DNA of 64,000 nt from an uncultured Chloroflexia bacterium. Lineage in GTDB: Bacteria; Chloroflexota; Limnocylindria; Limnocylindrales; CSP1-4. The stretch is taken from NCBI GenBank assembly GCA_963752475.1, contig CAVVYR010000006.1, positions 480,001-544,000 on the forward strand. The letters are read 5' to 3'. Position 1 is the first letter of the stretch; each line of letters begins with the position of its first letter. The notes below the pieces were generated by a model, which saw nothing but the letters and a program-made list of their open reading frames with translations, searched no databases and was not told where the DNA came from. Below, piece after piece: positions 24,433 to 34,789 of the stretch. A program made the position numbers and the translations under genes.

Positions 24433-25254
24433 ATGCCCACCGACTGGATCAGCGCCCACGACTACGAAGACATCCGCTACGAGCACTCGGGCACCGGTAT
24501 CGCCAAGATCACCATCGACCGCCAGCATGTGCGCAACGCGTTCCGGCCGGAGACCGTGACCGAGCTCATCGACGCCTTTGGGCGCGCCCGCGACGACGCC
24601 GAGATCGGCGTGGTGCTGCTGACGGGCGCCGGCGACAAGGCGTTCTGCTCGGGTGGCGACATGAACGTCAAGACCGAGGCCGGCTATGCCGACCACGAAG
24701 GCGTGGCCCGGCTGAACGTGCTGGACCTCCAGCGCCAGATCCGATCGCTGCCCAAGGTCGTCATCGCTCTCGTCAACGGCTACGCGGTCGGCGGTGGGCA
24801 CGTGCTCCACGTGGTCTGCGACCTCTCGATCGCCTCGGACAACGCGGTCTTCGGCCAGACCGGACCCAAGGTCGGCAGCTTCGACGGCGGCTACGGTGCG
24901 ACCATGCTGGCCCGCATCGTGGGCCACAAGAAAGCCCGCGAGATCTGGTACCTGTGCCGCCAGTACACCGCTGCGGAAGCGCTGGACATGGGCCTCGTCA
25001 ACACCGTCGTGCCCCTCGAGCAGCTCGATGACGAGGGTGTGCAGTGGGCCGAGGAGATCCTCGACAAGAGCCCCACCGCCATCCGCATGCTCAAGCGCTC
25101 GTTCAACGCTGATGTCGACGGGCTCGCCGGCATCCAGGAGCTCGCCGGCGATGCCACGATGCTCTTCTATCAGACGCCGGAGGCCCACGAGGGCAGCCAG
25201 GCCTTCCTCGAGAAGCGCAAGCCGAACTACCGCAAGTACCCGCGGCGCCCGTGA
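24433..25254 (+). CDS. menB: DHNA-CoA synthase
   Basis: [29 protein letters not shown]. Confidence 0.96.
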   Translation: MPTDWISAHDYEDIRYEHSGTGIAKITIDRQHVRNAFRPETVTELIDAFGRARDDAEIGVVLLTGAGDKAFCSGGDMNVKTEAGYADHEGVARLNVLDLQRQIRSLPKVVIALVNGYAVGGGHVLHVVCDLSIASDNAVFGQTGPKVGSFDGGYGATMLARIVGHKKAREIWYLCRQYTAAEALDMGLVNTVVPLEQLDDEGVQWAEEILDKSPTAIRMLKRSFNADVDGLAGIQELAGDATMLFYQTPEAHEGSQAFLEKRKPNYRKYPRRP

Positions 25255-25261
25255 AGACCGC

Positions 25262-26194
25262 ATGACGAACCCCACCGCCGAGACCGGCGGAGCATCCGTT
25301 CCGGTGAGCCGCTCCCGGGCCTGGCTCGTGGCCATCCGTCCGGCCACGCTCCCTGCCGCGATCGGCCCGGTGCTGGTCGGCTTGGCCGTGGCCGTCAGCC
25401 TCGGCGTCTTCGCGCCGCTACCGGCGGCAGCGGCGCTGGCCGTGGCACTGCTGCTGCAGGTCGCCTCCAACGTCGCCAACGACCTCTCGGACTTCCGCTC
25501 CGGCGTGGACACCGAGGAGCGTCTGGGACCGCCACGAGCCGCCGCCTCGGGACTGCTCAGCGAACGTGAGCTGCTGGCCGGCCTGGCCGTGATCGTCGGC
25601 CTGGCCGGACTGGTCGGTCTGTACCTGGTATCGGTCGGCGGGCTGGTCATCCTCGTGCTCGGGGTCGCCGCGATCATCAGCGCCTTCGCCTACAGCGGCG
25701 GGCCATGGCCGTACGGCTACCACGGGCTGGGCGAGGTCTTCGTCTTCGTCTTCTTCGGACTCGTGGCGGTAGCCGGCACGACGTACCTGCAGACCTCGTC
25801 GTGGGAGCCGCTGGCCTTCGCCGCGGCCATCCCGGTCGGCTCGCTCATCACAGCCATCCTCGTGATCAACAACGTGCGCGATATCGACACCGACACGGTC
25901 ACAGGAAAGCGCACCCTGGCGGTCATCCTCGGCGAGCGCGCCGCGGTGGCCGAGTACGACCTGCTCATCGGCGTGGCCTATGCCATCCCCGTGGGGCTGC
26001 TGATCGCGGGCGACGTCACCTGGACCGTGCTGCTGCCGCTGGCCAGCCTGCCCCTGACGGTCGCCCTCTTCCGCGTCGTCCATGCCGGCGGCGACCCGCG
26101 GCGCCTCAACCCCGTGTTGCGCGAGACGGCGCGCCTCTCGCTCATCTACTGCGTGCTCTTCGCGGCGGGTCTCGCACTCGGGGGGCTCGTCTGA
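25262..26194 (+). CDS. menA: DHNA polyprenyltransferase
   Basis: RPATL, NDLSDFRSGVD, NNVRDIDTD..GKRTLAV; multi-TM. Confidence 0.94.
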   Translation: MTNPTAETGGASVPVSRSRAWLVAIRPATLPAAIGPVLVGLAVAVSLGVFAPLPAAAALAVALLLQVASNVANDLSDFRSGVDTEERLGPPRAAASGLLSERELLAGLAVIVGLAGLVGLYLVSVGGLVILVLGVAAIISAFAYSGGPWPYGYHGLGEVFVFVFFGLVAVAGTTYLQTSSWEPLAFAAAIPVGSLITAILVINNVRDIDTDTVTGKRTLAVILGERAAVAEYDLLIGVAYAIPVGLLIAGDVTWTVLLPLASLPLTVALFRVVHAGGDPRRLNPVLRETARLSLIYCVLFAAGLALGGLV

Positions 26195-27288
26195 TGCGGA
26201 TCGTCCGCGTCGAGGTCGCGACCCTCGAGGTGCCCTTCCGTGAGCCCATCATCAGTGGCACGCAGCGCTGGGAGCACCACCGTGCGGGCATCCTCGTCCT
26301 GCGCACCGACGACGGCCGCAAGGGCCTCGCCGAGTTCCCCGCGCCGCGTCCACATGACCTCGGTGAGGACGTGTCGCCCAGGCTCATCGAGTTGCTCACG
26401 GGCATCGAGCTATCCGACCCGGTCACGGTCGAGGGCACGTTGCGAGACATCGACACCTGGCCCTTCGTCGGCCGAGCTGCGAGGTCGGCGGTCGAGTCCG
26501 CGCTGATCGACCTGCTGGCGCGCGTGAACCGGCAGTCCATCGCCGCCTACCTCGACAGCCAGGCCGCCCCGGATGTGCCGCTCAACGCGATGCTGGGCAT
26601 GGATCAGCCCGAAGAGACGGCGTCACAGGCGGCCGCCCTGGTCGAGGGTGGCTTCCGCTGCCTCAAGCTCAAGGCCGGAGAGGAGCCGGATGGGTCGCTC
26701 GAAGCCCGCGTCGCTGCCGTCCGCGAGGCGGTGGGGCCGGACGTGGCGCTGCGTCTCGACTTCAACGGCAGCCTCAGCGCCGACTGGGCCTCGGAGGTGT
26801 TGGCGAAGGTCGCGCCGTTCGACATCGAGTACGCCGAGCAGCCGATCCCGCCGGGTGCCGGTGCCGAAGCGCTGGCGCGGCTGCGCTGGACCGGTAGTGT
26901 GCCCATCGCGGCCGATGAGTCGGTCCGTGATCTCGGTTCGGCTCGCATCCTGCTCGATACCGGAGCCGTGGACGCGCTGATCGTGAAGCCGGCGCGCGTC
27001 GGTGGCCTGCGTCAGGCACACGCGATCGTCGAGCTGGCCGCGACCGCCGGGGTGCCGGTGACGGTCTCGACGCTGTTCGAGACCGGTGTGGGCCTGGCAG
27101 GAGCCTTGCATCTGGCTGCCACCGCGCCGGGCTCGCAGGCGCATGGCCTTGCCACCGCGGACCTGCTCGAGTCGGACCTGCTGAGTTCGCCACTCGCGAT
27201 CAGCCGAGGCCGGATGGCGGTTCCGGAGGGCACCGGTCTGGGTGTCGACCTCGACCCCGCATCACTCGAGCGGTATCGCATCCGGTGA
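26194..27288 (+). CDS. menC: o-Succinylbenzoate synthase (enolase superfamily)
   Basis: KLK, RLDFN, EQP, ADES, VKP; operon context. Confidence 0.88.
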   Translation: MRIVRVEVATLEVPFREPIISGTQRWEHHRAGILVLRTDDGRKGLAEFPAPRPHDLGEDVSPRLIELLTGIELSDPVTVEGTLRDIDTWPFVGRAARSAVESALIDLLARVNRQSIAAYLDSQAAPDVPLNAMLGMDQPEETASQAAALVEGGFRCLKLKAGEEPDGSLEARVAAVREAVGPDVALRLDFNGSLSADWASEVLAKVAPFDIEYAEQPIPPGAGAEALARLRWTGSVPIAADESVRDLGSARILLDTGAVDALIVKPARVGGLRQAHAIVELAATAGVPVTVSTLFETGVGLAGALHLAATAPGSQAHGLATADLLESDLLSSPLAISRGRMAVPEGTGLGVDLDPASLERYRIR

Positions 27289-29504
27289 CGCTCGCTCCCG
27301 ATCCGCTGCTCGAGCGGATCCGTCAGGACCCCGATGCGCCGGCCGTGGCGGCTCGCGCCGCGACGTGGACCCGGGCCCAACTGCTGGATGCAGCCGACGA
27401 GCTGGCGTTGGCGCTGCACGCGGAGCGGCTCGGTGAGGGGCGTCGCATCGCCTGCCTGCTCGATGACGATGCCCCCGCGGTCGCGCTCATCCATGCCGCA
27501 CGTCGGCAGGGCGCGGTGCACATCCCACTGAACCGCCGGGCGAGCGTGCCTGAGCTGCGTGACCAGCTCGTGGTCTCCGCCGCCGACGGTCTGCTGTGCG
27601 ACAAGGCCAACGAGGGCAAGGCCCGCAAGGCTGCTCCCGAGGGCATGGCCACGCATCGCATCGAAGCCCTTCTGGCTGGGGTCCCGTGTGCCTTGCCGCC
27701 GACGCTGCGCGACAGGATCGACCTGGACGCTCCGGCCACGGTCGTCTTCACCTCGGGCACGACCGGGCGGCCGAAGGGCGCCGTCCTGACCCACGACAAC
27801 CACCGTGCCAGCGCCCACGCCTGGGCCGCCCTGCTGCGACCGCAGCCCGCTGACCGCTGGCTGCTCTGCGTGCCGCTCTTCCACGTGGCCGGCTTGGCGA
27901 TCGTCACGCGAGCCACTCGCTGGGGTGCCGCCCTCGATGTCCTCGACCGCTTCGATCCGACCATCGTGAGCGCGCGACTCGAGGATGGCGTGACGCATCT
28001 CTCGCTCGTGGCCGCGCAGCTGCTCGCGCTGCTCGACGAACGCGAGGACCGCCCGGTGCCGTCGTCGCTACGCGGGATCCTGCTCGGAGGTGGCCCCGTC
28101 CCGTCCGATCTGCTGACTCGTGCCCGTGCCGCCGGCTATCCCGTGTTGACGACCTACGGTCTGACCGAGACCGGCTCCGGTGTGGCCAGCGGTGGTGGCG
28201 ACCAAGCCACGCTCGACGACCCGACCGCCGGTCAGGCGCTGCCCGGAGTGGAACTGCGGATCGCCGACGATGGCGAGATCCTCGTGCGCGGCGAGATGGT
28301 CTTCAGCGGCTACCTCGGAGACGATGCAGCCACGGCGCGGGCGTTGCCCGGAGACGGCTGGCTCCACACCGGTGACTTCGGAAGCCTCGATGCGGACGGA
28401 CTGCTGCGCGTGAGCGCGAGGCGCCACGATCTCATCATCAGCGGCGGCGAGAACATCACCCCGGCTGAGATCGAAGCGGTGTTGGAGTCCCATCCGGGCA
28501 TCGGCGAGGCCGTGGTCATCGGCGTGCCGCACGAGCGCTGGGGCGCGGTACCACGGGCCTACGTCGTGCCGACCGGCAGCACCGGGCCGACAGACGACGC
28601 GCTGAAGGCCTACTGCCGCGACCGACTGGCGACCTACAAGGTGCCTGCGGACTTCGTGCGCGTGCGGGAGCTGCCGCGCAACGCCATGGGCAAGGTCGCG
28701 CGCGCGGAGCTGGGCGACGTCACCGGGACGGGCCGCTCGATGCCGTCCGTGCACCGCGACCGTCAAGGTGATGGTCCACCGCTGCTCCTGCTGCACTCGA
28801 CGCTGTCGTCCTCTCGGCAGCTGCGATCGCTGGCGACTCGGCTGGCCGAACACCACACCGTCGTCAGCATCGACCGGCTGGGCAGTGGTCGCTCCACCTT
28901 CGATGGCCCGGCGGTGCCGATCCCCGTCACGAAGCACATCGAGGACCTGGCTCAGGTCCTCGCCGCGGAACGGCTCGGGCCCGTCGCGGTGGTCGGCCAC
29001 AGCTTCGGTGGCTGCATCGCCATCGAGCTGGCCTCGCAGCGCCCGGAGCTGGTGAGTGCGGTCTTCGCCTACGAGCCGCCCTATGCGTCGGTGGCGTCGC
29101 CGGAGGTCCAGGCTGGCATGGCCGAGGTCGGCCGTCGAACGCTGGCAGCGCGAGACCAGAACGGACTCGGCGCCGCGGCGCTGACCTTCATGAAGGGCGT
29201 CTCTGGTGCCGATGCAGTGGCTGCCTTGAGCCCCGGGGCCCGTCGACGTGTGGAGCAGGCCGGGCAGGGAGCCGTCGCGGATGCCACCCTTGCGGGCATG
29301 GAACCCGACGCTCTCGAACGGATCGGCTGCCCTGTGCGTATCGCCACCGGCGCTGCCAGCGCGCCCTTCTACACCGAGATCGCCGAGGTGCTGGCCGCTC
29401 GCATCCCCGTGGCCGACCACGTCCGGCTCCCGGGTCTCGAGCACATGGCCCCCGTGCTGCGTCCGGACGCTGTCGCGGATGCCATCGAGGACTTCCTCAC
29501 ATGA
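27285..29504 (+). CDS. menE: OSB-CoA ligase MenE with an in-frame C-terminal alpha/beta-hydrolase (from ~28740)
   Basis: FTSGTTGRPKG, YGLTE, HTGD, ISGGENI, PRNAMGK, then LLHS..GHSFGG..HM. Confidence 0.85.
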   Translation: MTLAPDPLLERIRQDPDAPAVAARAATWTRAQLLDAADELALALHAERLGEGRRIACLLDDDAPAVALIHAARRQGAVHIPLNRRASVPELRDQLVVSAADGLLCDKANEGKARKAAPEGMATHRIEALLAGVPCALPPTLRDRIDLDAPATVVFTSGTTGRPKGAVLTHDNHRASAHAWAALLRPQPADRWLLCVPLFHVAGLAIVTRATRWGAALDVLDRFDPTIVSARLEDGVTHLSLVAAQLLALLDEREDRPVPSSLRGILLGGGPVPSDLLTRARAAGYPVLTTYGLTETGSGVASGGGDQATLDDPTAGQALPGVELRIADDGEILVRGEMVFSGYLGDDAATARALPGDGWLHTGDFGSLDADGLLRVSARRHDLIISGGENITPAEIEAVLESHPGIGEAVVIGVPHERWGAVPRAYVVPTGSTGPTDDALKAYCRDRLATYKVPADFVRVRELPRNAMGKVARAELGDVTGTGRSMPSVHRDRQGDGPPLLLLHSTLSSSRQLRSLATRLAEHHTVVSIDRLGSGRSTFDGPAVPIPVTKHIEDLAQVLAAERLGPVAVVGHSFGGCIAIELASQRPELVSAVFAYEPPYASVASPEVQAGMAEVGRRTLAARDQNGLGAAALTFMKGVSGADAVAALSPGARRRVEQAGQGAVADATLAGMEPDALERIGCPVRIATGAASAPFYTEIAEVLAARIPVADHVRLPGLEHMAPVLRPDAVADAIEDFLT

Positions 29505-30223
29505 GCCGGGGCAACAGCGCGCCGCCACAGAAGGTGGAGGAGATGTTCGACCGTATCTCCGGCGTCTATGACGGCATGAACCTGGCCATCAGCGGCTTCC
29601 AGGAGCCGCGCTGGCGCAAGCGCATCATCCAAGCCAGCGGCGTCGGTCCTGGTGACGCTGCGCTCGACGTGGCCTGCGGCACCGGCAAGGTCACGACGGA
29701 CCTCTTCAGGGCGGCACAGCCCGGCGGCACCGCCTTGGGCATCGACTTCAGCGCAGGCATGATCGAGGTCGCCAACGAGCACCGGCCCGTCGAGCTCGAA
29801 GGGCTCAGCTTCGAGCAGGGCGATGCGCTCGAGTTGCCCGTCGAGGACGATACGTTCGACGCGGCCACCATCGCCTACGGCATGCGCAACCTCGCCGACT
29901 ACCGCGGGGGCTTCGTCGAGATGGCGCGCGCGGTGCGGCCCGGCGGCAAGGTCGTGTGTTTCGAGATCCACACGCCCACGAGCGCCTTCGGGCGGCTGGT
30001 GGCGCTGTGGTTCGACCACGTCGTGCCCATCATCGGCAGGCTGGTGGGCCAGGGGGACGCCTACGGCTATCTCGCCAACTCGGTGAAGGACTACCCCGCG
30101 CCGGAGCGCATCGCAGAGATCATGCGCGACGCGGGCCTCGAGAGCGTCGACTGGCAGGGTTTCATGGGCGGGATCGTCGCGCTCCACGTTGGCACCGTCC
30201 CGGCGCCGAGCGACGACCCCTAG
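29501..30223 (+). CDS. menG: Demethylmenaquinone methyltransferase
   Basis: MFDRI...YD.MN, LDVACGTG, AYGMRN, Y.YL..S. Confidence 0.92.
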   Translation: MSRGNSAPPQKVEEMFDRISGVYDGMNLAISGFQEPRWRKRIIQASGVGPGDAALDVACGTGKVTTDLFRAAQPGGTALGIDFSAGMIEVANEHRPVELEGLSFEQGDALELPVEDDTFDAATIAYGMRNLADYRGGFVEMARAVRPGGKVVCFEIHTPTSAFGRLVALWFDHVVPIIGRLVGQGDAYGYLANSVKDYPAPERIAEIMRDAGLESVDWQGFMGGIVALHVGTVPAPSDDP

Positions 30224-30256
30224 CGGACCCAGCGCCCCGCAGCGTGGGTCGTAGAT

Positions 30257-31741
30257 CTAGCTCCGAACCTCGAACGCGGGCGCGACCTCGACCTTGAGCT
30301 CAGCCAGCTCTGCGGATAGAGCGTCGGCCAGCGCCTCCGTCTCGGCCGAGGGCTGTCCCGCGAGCAGGTTCTCCATCTGGCAGGGGTCGCCAGGCGAGCC
30401 TTCGGCCCACTCGTAGCAGAGGCCACCGCTGATGTCGTAGAGCTCGCGGAAGCCGCCGCGGTTCTCGATGTAGTGCCAGCGCCCGTCGGGATGGTCGGCG
30501 GTGGTCCGGATCGACCACCACACGGGTCTGTCGCCACCCGACGGCACCGTATGCAGCAGTGACTCGCGCACGGTCGGCAGCTCCTCGTCCGCCAACACCG
30601 ACGCGAACGACAGCCCGTCGGCTGTCTCCTGGCCGTTGGGATACGGACCCATCTCGCAGCCGGCCAGATCGCAGAAGGTGGGCGCGAAGTCGATCATCGA
30701 GAGCGTGGTCGCGTCATCACGCGCCTCAACCCCCCGACCGGCCGGCCAGGCCACGTAGGCCGGCATCGGCGTCGCGTACGGCGAGACCTTGGCCACGCGA
30801 CGGTGTTCACCCCAGGTCATGCCGTTGTCGGCGATGAAGACGAAGACGGTGTCGTCGAGTCGGCCCTCCTTCTCCAGCGTGCGCCCGACCCGGCCGATCA
30901 TCTCGTCCACCGAGAGCAGTGACTCGCAGTGCGCGGTGAGATCGAAGCCCTTGTCGCCGAGCGGCTCGAGCTTCTGGACATGGGCCGGCTTGTCCGAGAC
31001 ATCCGCCTCGTCGTAGTTCGGCGGCGCCCACGGCTCGAGGTCCGCACAGCGCTCGTCGCCTTCGTGTCGGGGCGCCGGCAGGTTGGGCTCGTGCGGCGTG
31101 TAGGGCGCGATGAGCGCGAACAGCGGCGCGTCATCGGGCGCCTGTCTGATGCGCTTGACCGCGATATCGGCGATGACGTCCGTCGAGTAGTCGTCCTCGT
31201 CGGTCTTGTGCTGGGAGATGTTCCCGTCGCGGTCACGGATCTGGTACCAGAAGTACTTGCCCTGGTTGCTGTTGATGACGTCGAAGTCGTTCCAGCCGGG
31301 CGGGTCGTACTGCGCAGGCGCAAACTTCTTGTAGCCGTTCAGATATTTGCCCACGTAGGCGGTGTGATAGCCGGCGTCATCGAGCTCGGTGGCGATGGTC
31401 GTGGACACGTCGAGCTGGGAGCCATTGTTGCTGTTGGCACCGCTGTTGTGGGCATGCTGCCCGGTGAGCAGGTTGGCGCGCGACGGTCCGCACAGCGGGA
31501 CCTCTCCGTGGAAGTCGGTGAAGCGGACCCCACGGCTGATGACGAGGTCGTGCAGCTCCGGCATGACCTCGGACGACCACAGCCGTCCGTCGTGCGGGTT
31601 GGCGTCGTCGAGCATGACCACGACGATGTTCGGCCGCGGTGGTTCGGCCGCCTCCGCCTGGGCGGCGACCCCGGGCCCGAGGGAGCCCAGGAGCAGGGGA
31701 GCGAGGGCCGCGGAGCCCGCGCAGCGGATGAGTCGGTTCAC
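30257..31741 (-). CDS. Secreted sulfatase (Cys type)
   Basis: Signal peptide, RPNIVVVMLDD, CGPSR..LLTG, GKYLN, PH, DNG. Confidence 0.9.
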   Translation of the reverse strand: MNRLIRCAGSAALAPLLLGSLGPGVAAQAEAAEPPRPNIVVVMLDDANPHDGRLWSSEVMPELHDLVISRGVRFTDFHGEVPLCGPSRANLLTGQHAHNSGANSNNGSQLDVSTTIATELDDAGYHTAYVGKYLNGYKKFAPAQYDPPGWNDFDVINSNQGKYFWYQIRDRDGNISQHKTDEDDYSTDVIADIAVKRIRQAPDDAPLFALIAPYTPHEPNLPAPRHEGDERCADLEPWAPPNYDEADVSDKPAHVQKLEPLGDKGFDLTAHCESLLSVDEMIGRVGRTLEKEGRLDDTVFVFIADNGMTWGEHRRVAKVSPYATPMPAYVAWPAGRGVEARDDATTLSMIDFAPTFCDLAGCEMGPYPNGQETADGLSFASVLADEELPTVRESLLHTVPSGGDRPVWWSIRTTADHPDGRWHYIENRGGFRELYDISGGLCYEWAEGSPGDPCQMENLLAGQPSAETEALADALSAELAELKVEVAPAFEVRS

Positions 31742-31823
31742 GTCCCGAAGGGTAGCGCCTCATCGTCTCGGCGCCCGCCGGCGGCCCTGAGGCAGCACGT
31801 CGTATCTCGGCTACCATCGAGAC

Positions 31824-32758
<935 letters not shown>

Positions 32759-32762
<4 letters not shown>

Positions 32763-33547
32763 CGGCTCGCGACCACCTGCGCAGCATCCTGCGTGTGGTG
32801 GAGCACCACGCCATGGTCTATCGCCGGACCTGGCACGGGACCGTCTTCTCCACGTTCCTCAACCCCGTCCTCTATCTCGCGGCCCTGGGCGTGGGCCTGG
32901 GTGCCTTCGTCGACCAGTCCAACCCTGCCGGTATCGAAGGTGTGCCCTACGCCACCTTCCTCGCACCGGGCATCCTCGTGGCCACGGCCATGAACAGCGC
33001 CACCGGAGAATCGACGTATCCGGTCATGGCCGGCATCCGCTGGCTCAAGACGTACGTGGCCATGATCATCTCGCCGCTCGACGCGCGGCACGTGGCCACC
33101 GGCCAACTGCTGTGGGCGGGCGTGCGCGTGACCCTCGGCGGCATCGTCTTCCTGGCGGTCATGATCGCCTTCGGGGCCACCGACCTGGCGCACGCGGCCT
33201 TGATGCTGCCGGTGACGGTGCTCACGGGGCTGGCCTTCGCGGCACCCATCCAGGCCTTCGCCGCGGCGCAGAAGAACGACACGCCGTTCGCCTGGCTCTT
33301 CCGCTTCGTGATCATGCCCATGTTCATCTTCAGCGGCACGTTCTTCCCCATCAGCCAGCTGCCCGAGCTGCTGCAGTACGTGGCCTATGCCACCCCGCTG
33401 TGGCACGCCGTCTCGCTCTCGCGCGGCATCGCGCTGGACATGCTCGATCCGGCGCTGGCGGTCGTGAACCTCGCGTACCTCGGCGCCCTCGTGGCGGTCG
33501 GCCTGGCCTGGTCGTACCGCACGTTCAGCCGCAGGCTGACGGAGTAG
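32759..33547 (+). CDS. ABC-2 permease (NodJ-like) 1
   Basis: Y..FLAPG, PMFIFSGTFFP, TPLWH. Confidence 0.9.
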
Positions 33548-33551
33548 CGCG

Positions 33552-34340
33552 ATGTTCATCACCACGCGCTTCATCCCCACCCGAGCCCTCGGTGGCTCGC
33601 GAGCCCACAAGGTCTTCGAGCGCAACGTCATCGTCTACCGACGCGCCTGGACCATCATCGTCAGTGGCTTCTTCGAGCCGGTCTTCTACCTGCTGGGCAT
33701 CGGCTTCGGCCTGGGTACGCTCGTGGGTGACGTCGGCGACATCCCGTATGCGGCCTTCGTGGCGCCGGGACTCATGGCCACCGCGGCCATGAACGGCGCG
33801 CTCTTCGAGTCGACCTTCAATCTCTTCTTCAAGCTGAAGTACGCCAAGACGTTCGACGCCATCCTGTCCACGCCCCTGGGGCCGTCGGACATCGCGGTGG
33901 GTGAGGTCAGCTGGGCGCTCACCCGCGGCCTGCTCTATGCCATCGCCTTCCTGGCGGTGATGCTGGTCCTTGGGTTGGTGCTCTCGCCCCTGGGCCTGCT
34001 GATGGTCCCGGGCGCGCTCCTCATCGGTCTGGCGGCGTCGGCGGTCGGCATGGCCGCGACGACGTATATGCGCAAGTGGCAGGACTTCGACATGGTCACG
34101 GTCGTAGTCATGCCGATGTTCCTCTTCAGCGGCACGTTCTACCCGATCTCGGTCTACCCCGACTGGTTGGAGACGTTCGTCGAGTTCACACCGCTCTACC
34201 GCGGCGTGCACATGATGCGGTCGTTCTCGACCGGGGAGGTCGACGCGATGATCCTCTTCGACATCGCCTACCTCTCGGTCATGGGTATCGTGGGCCTGGC
34301 CATCACCGCTCGCCGGCTACGCGGGCTGTTGCTCAAGTAG
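33552..34340 (+). CDS. ABC-2 permease (NodJ-like) 2
   Basis: FVAPG, PMFLFSGTFYP, TPLY. Confidence 0.9.
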   Translation: MFITTRFIPTRALGGSRAHKVFERNVIVYRRAWTIIVSGFFEPVFYLLGIGFGLGTLVGDVGDIPYAAFVAPGLMATAAMNGALFESTFNLFFKLKYAKTFDAILSTPLGPSDIAVGEVSWALTRGLLYAIAFLAVMLVLGLVLSPLGLLMVPGALLIGLAASAVGMAATTYMRKWQDFDMVTVVVMPMFLFSGTFYPISVYPDWLETFVEFTPLYRGVHMMRSFSTGEVDAMILFDIAYLSVMGIVGLAITARRLRGLLLK

Positions 34341-34344
34341 CGCG

Positions 34345-34546
34345 CCCTGCTACGACCTGACCAGCGGCCAGGCACCGGCCAGACCGAGGCGCCGTCCTGA
34401 TCGCTCGGAACGGCGCCTTGAGCGGCGGCGGGAGGGTCAAGGTCCCGGGGCCTCGGTCCGGACGTCTTCACGGCGTAGACGTCCTGCCAGGGAAGGGGAG
34501 AGGCGAGTCTTCTTCCCTGTCGTACGTGCGTCTCAGTACGTAGTAC
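34345..34546 (-). ncRNA. Candidate novel structured small RNA
   Basis: Directly downstream of a near-consensus promoter, five complementary stems, C-rich loops, no credible ORF; boundaries approximate. Confidence 0.55.
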
Positions 34547-34552
34547 CTACGG

Positions 34553-34581
34553 AGTCTATGGACCGACTACGTACGTGTCAA
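34553..34581 (-). promoter_or_regulatory. Sigma70-type promoter for the candidate sRNA
   Basis: Minus strand TTGACA (34581-34576), 17 nt, TAGACT (34558-34553). Confidence 0.75.
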
Positions 34582-34616
34582 GCCGGCTGGGGCTACACCG
34601 CGTCCCGGTCGCCTTC

Positions 34617-34767
34617 CTCATCCCCGAGTGGCTCGACTCGACGCGCCGACGGCCCGACTGCAGGATCCGAGGCTTGAGGTGGCTGAAACTGACGATCCGA
34701 GCCCGGTTGAGGCTGAGACGAGGCACTTCCGCGTCTTGACTGTCGAGTCCAGCTAGCTGGGGATAGC
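34617..34767. mobile_element. MITE/REP-like palindromic element, copy 1
   Basis: Imperfect terminal inverted repeats ATCCCC...GACTCGAC / GTCGAGTC...GGGGAT; similar to 49705-49857. Confidence 0.6.
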
Positions 34768-34789
34768 CGCAGGAGGTGGAGCGCGTCGA

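Noticed and set aside
34345-34546. Identity as 6S, SRP, RNase P or tmRNA
   Set aside because: No SRP domain IV motif, no RNase P GAGGAAAGUCC, no tRNA-like ends, and the fold is multi-hairpin rather than a 6S rod; an Rfam scan is still needed
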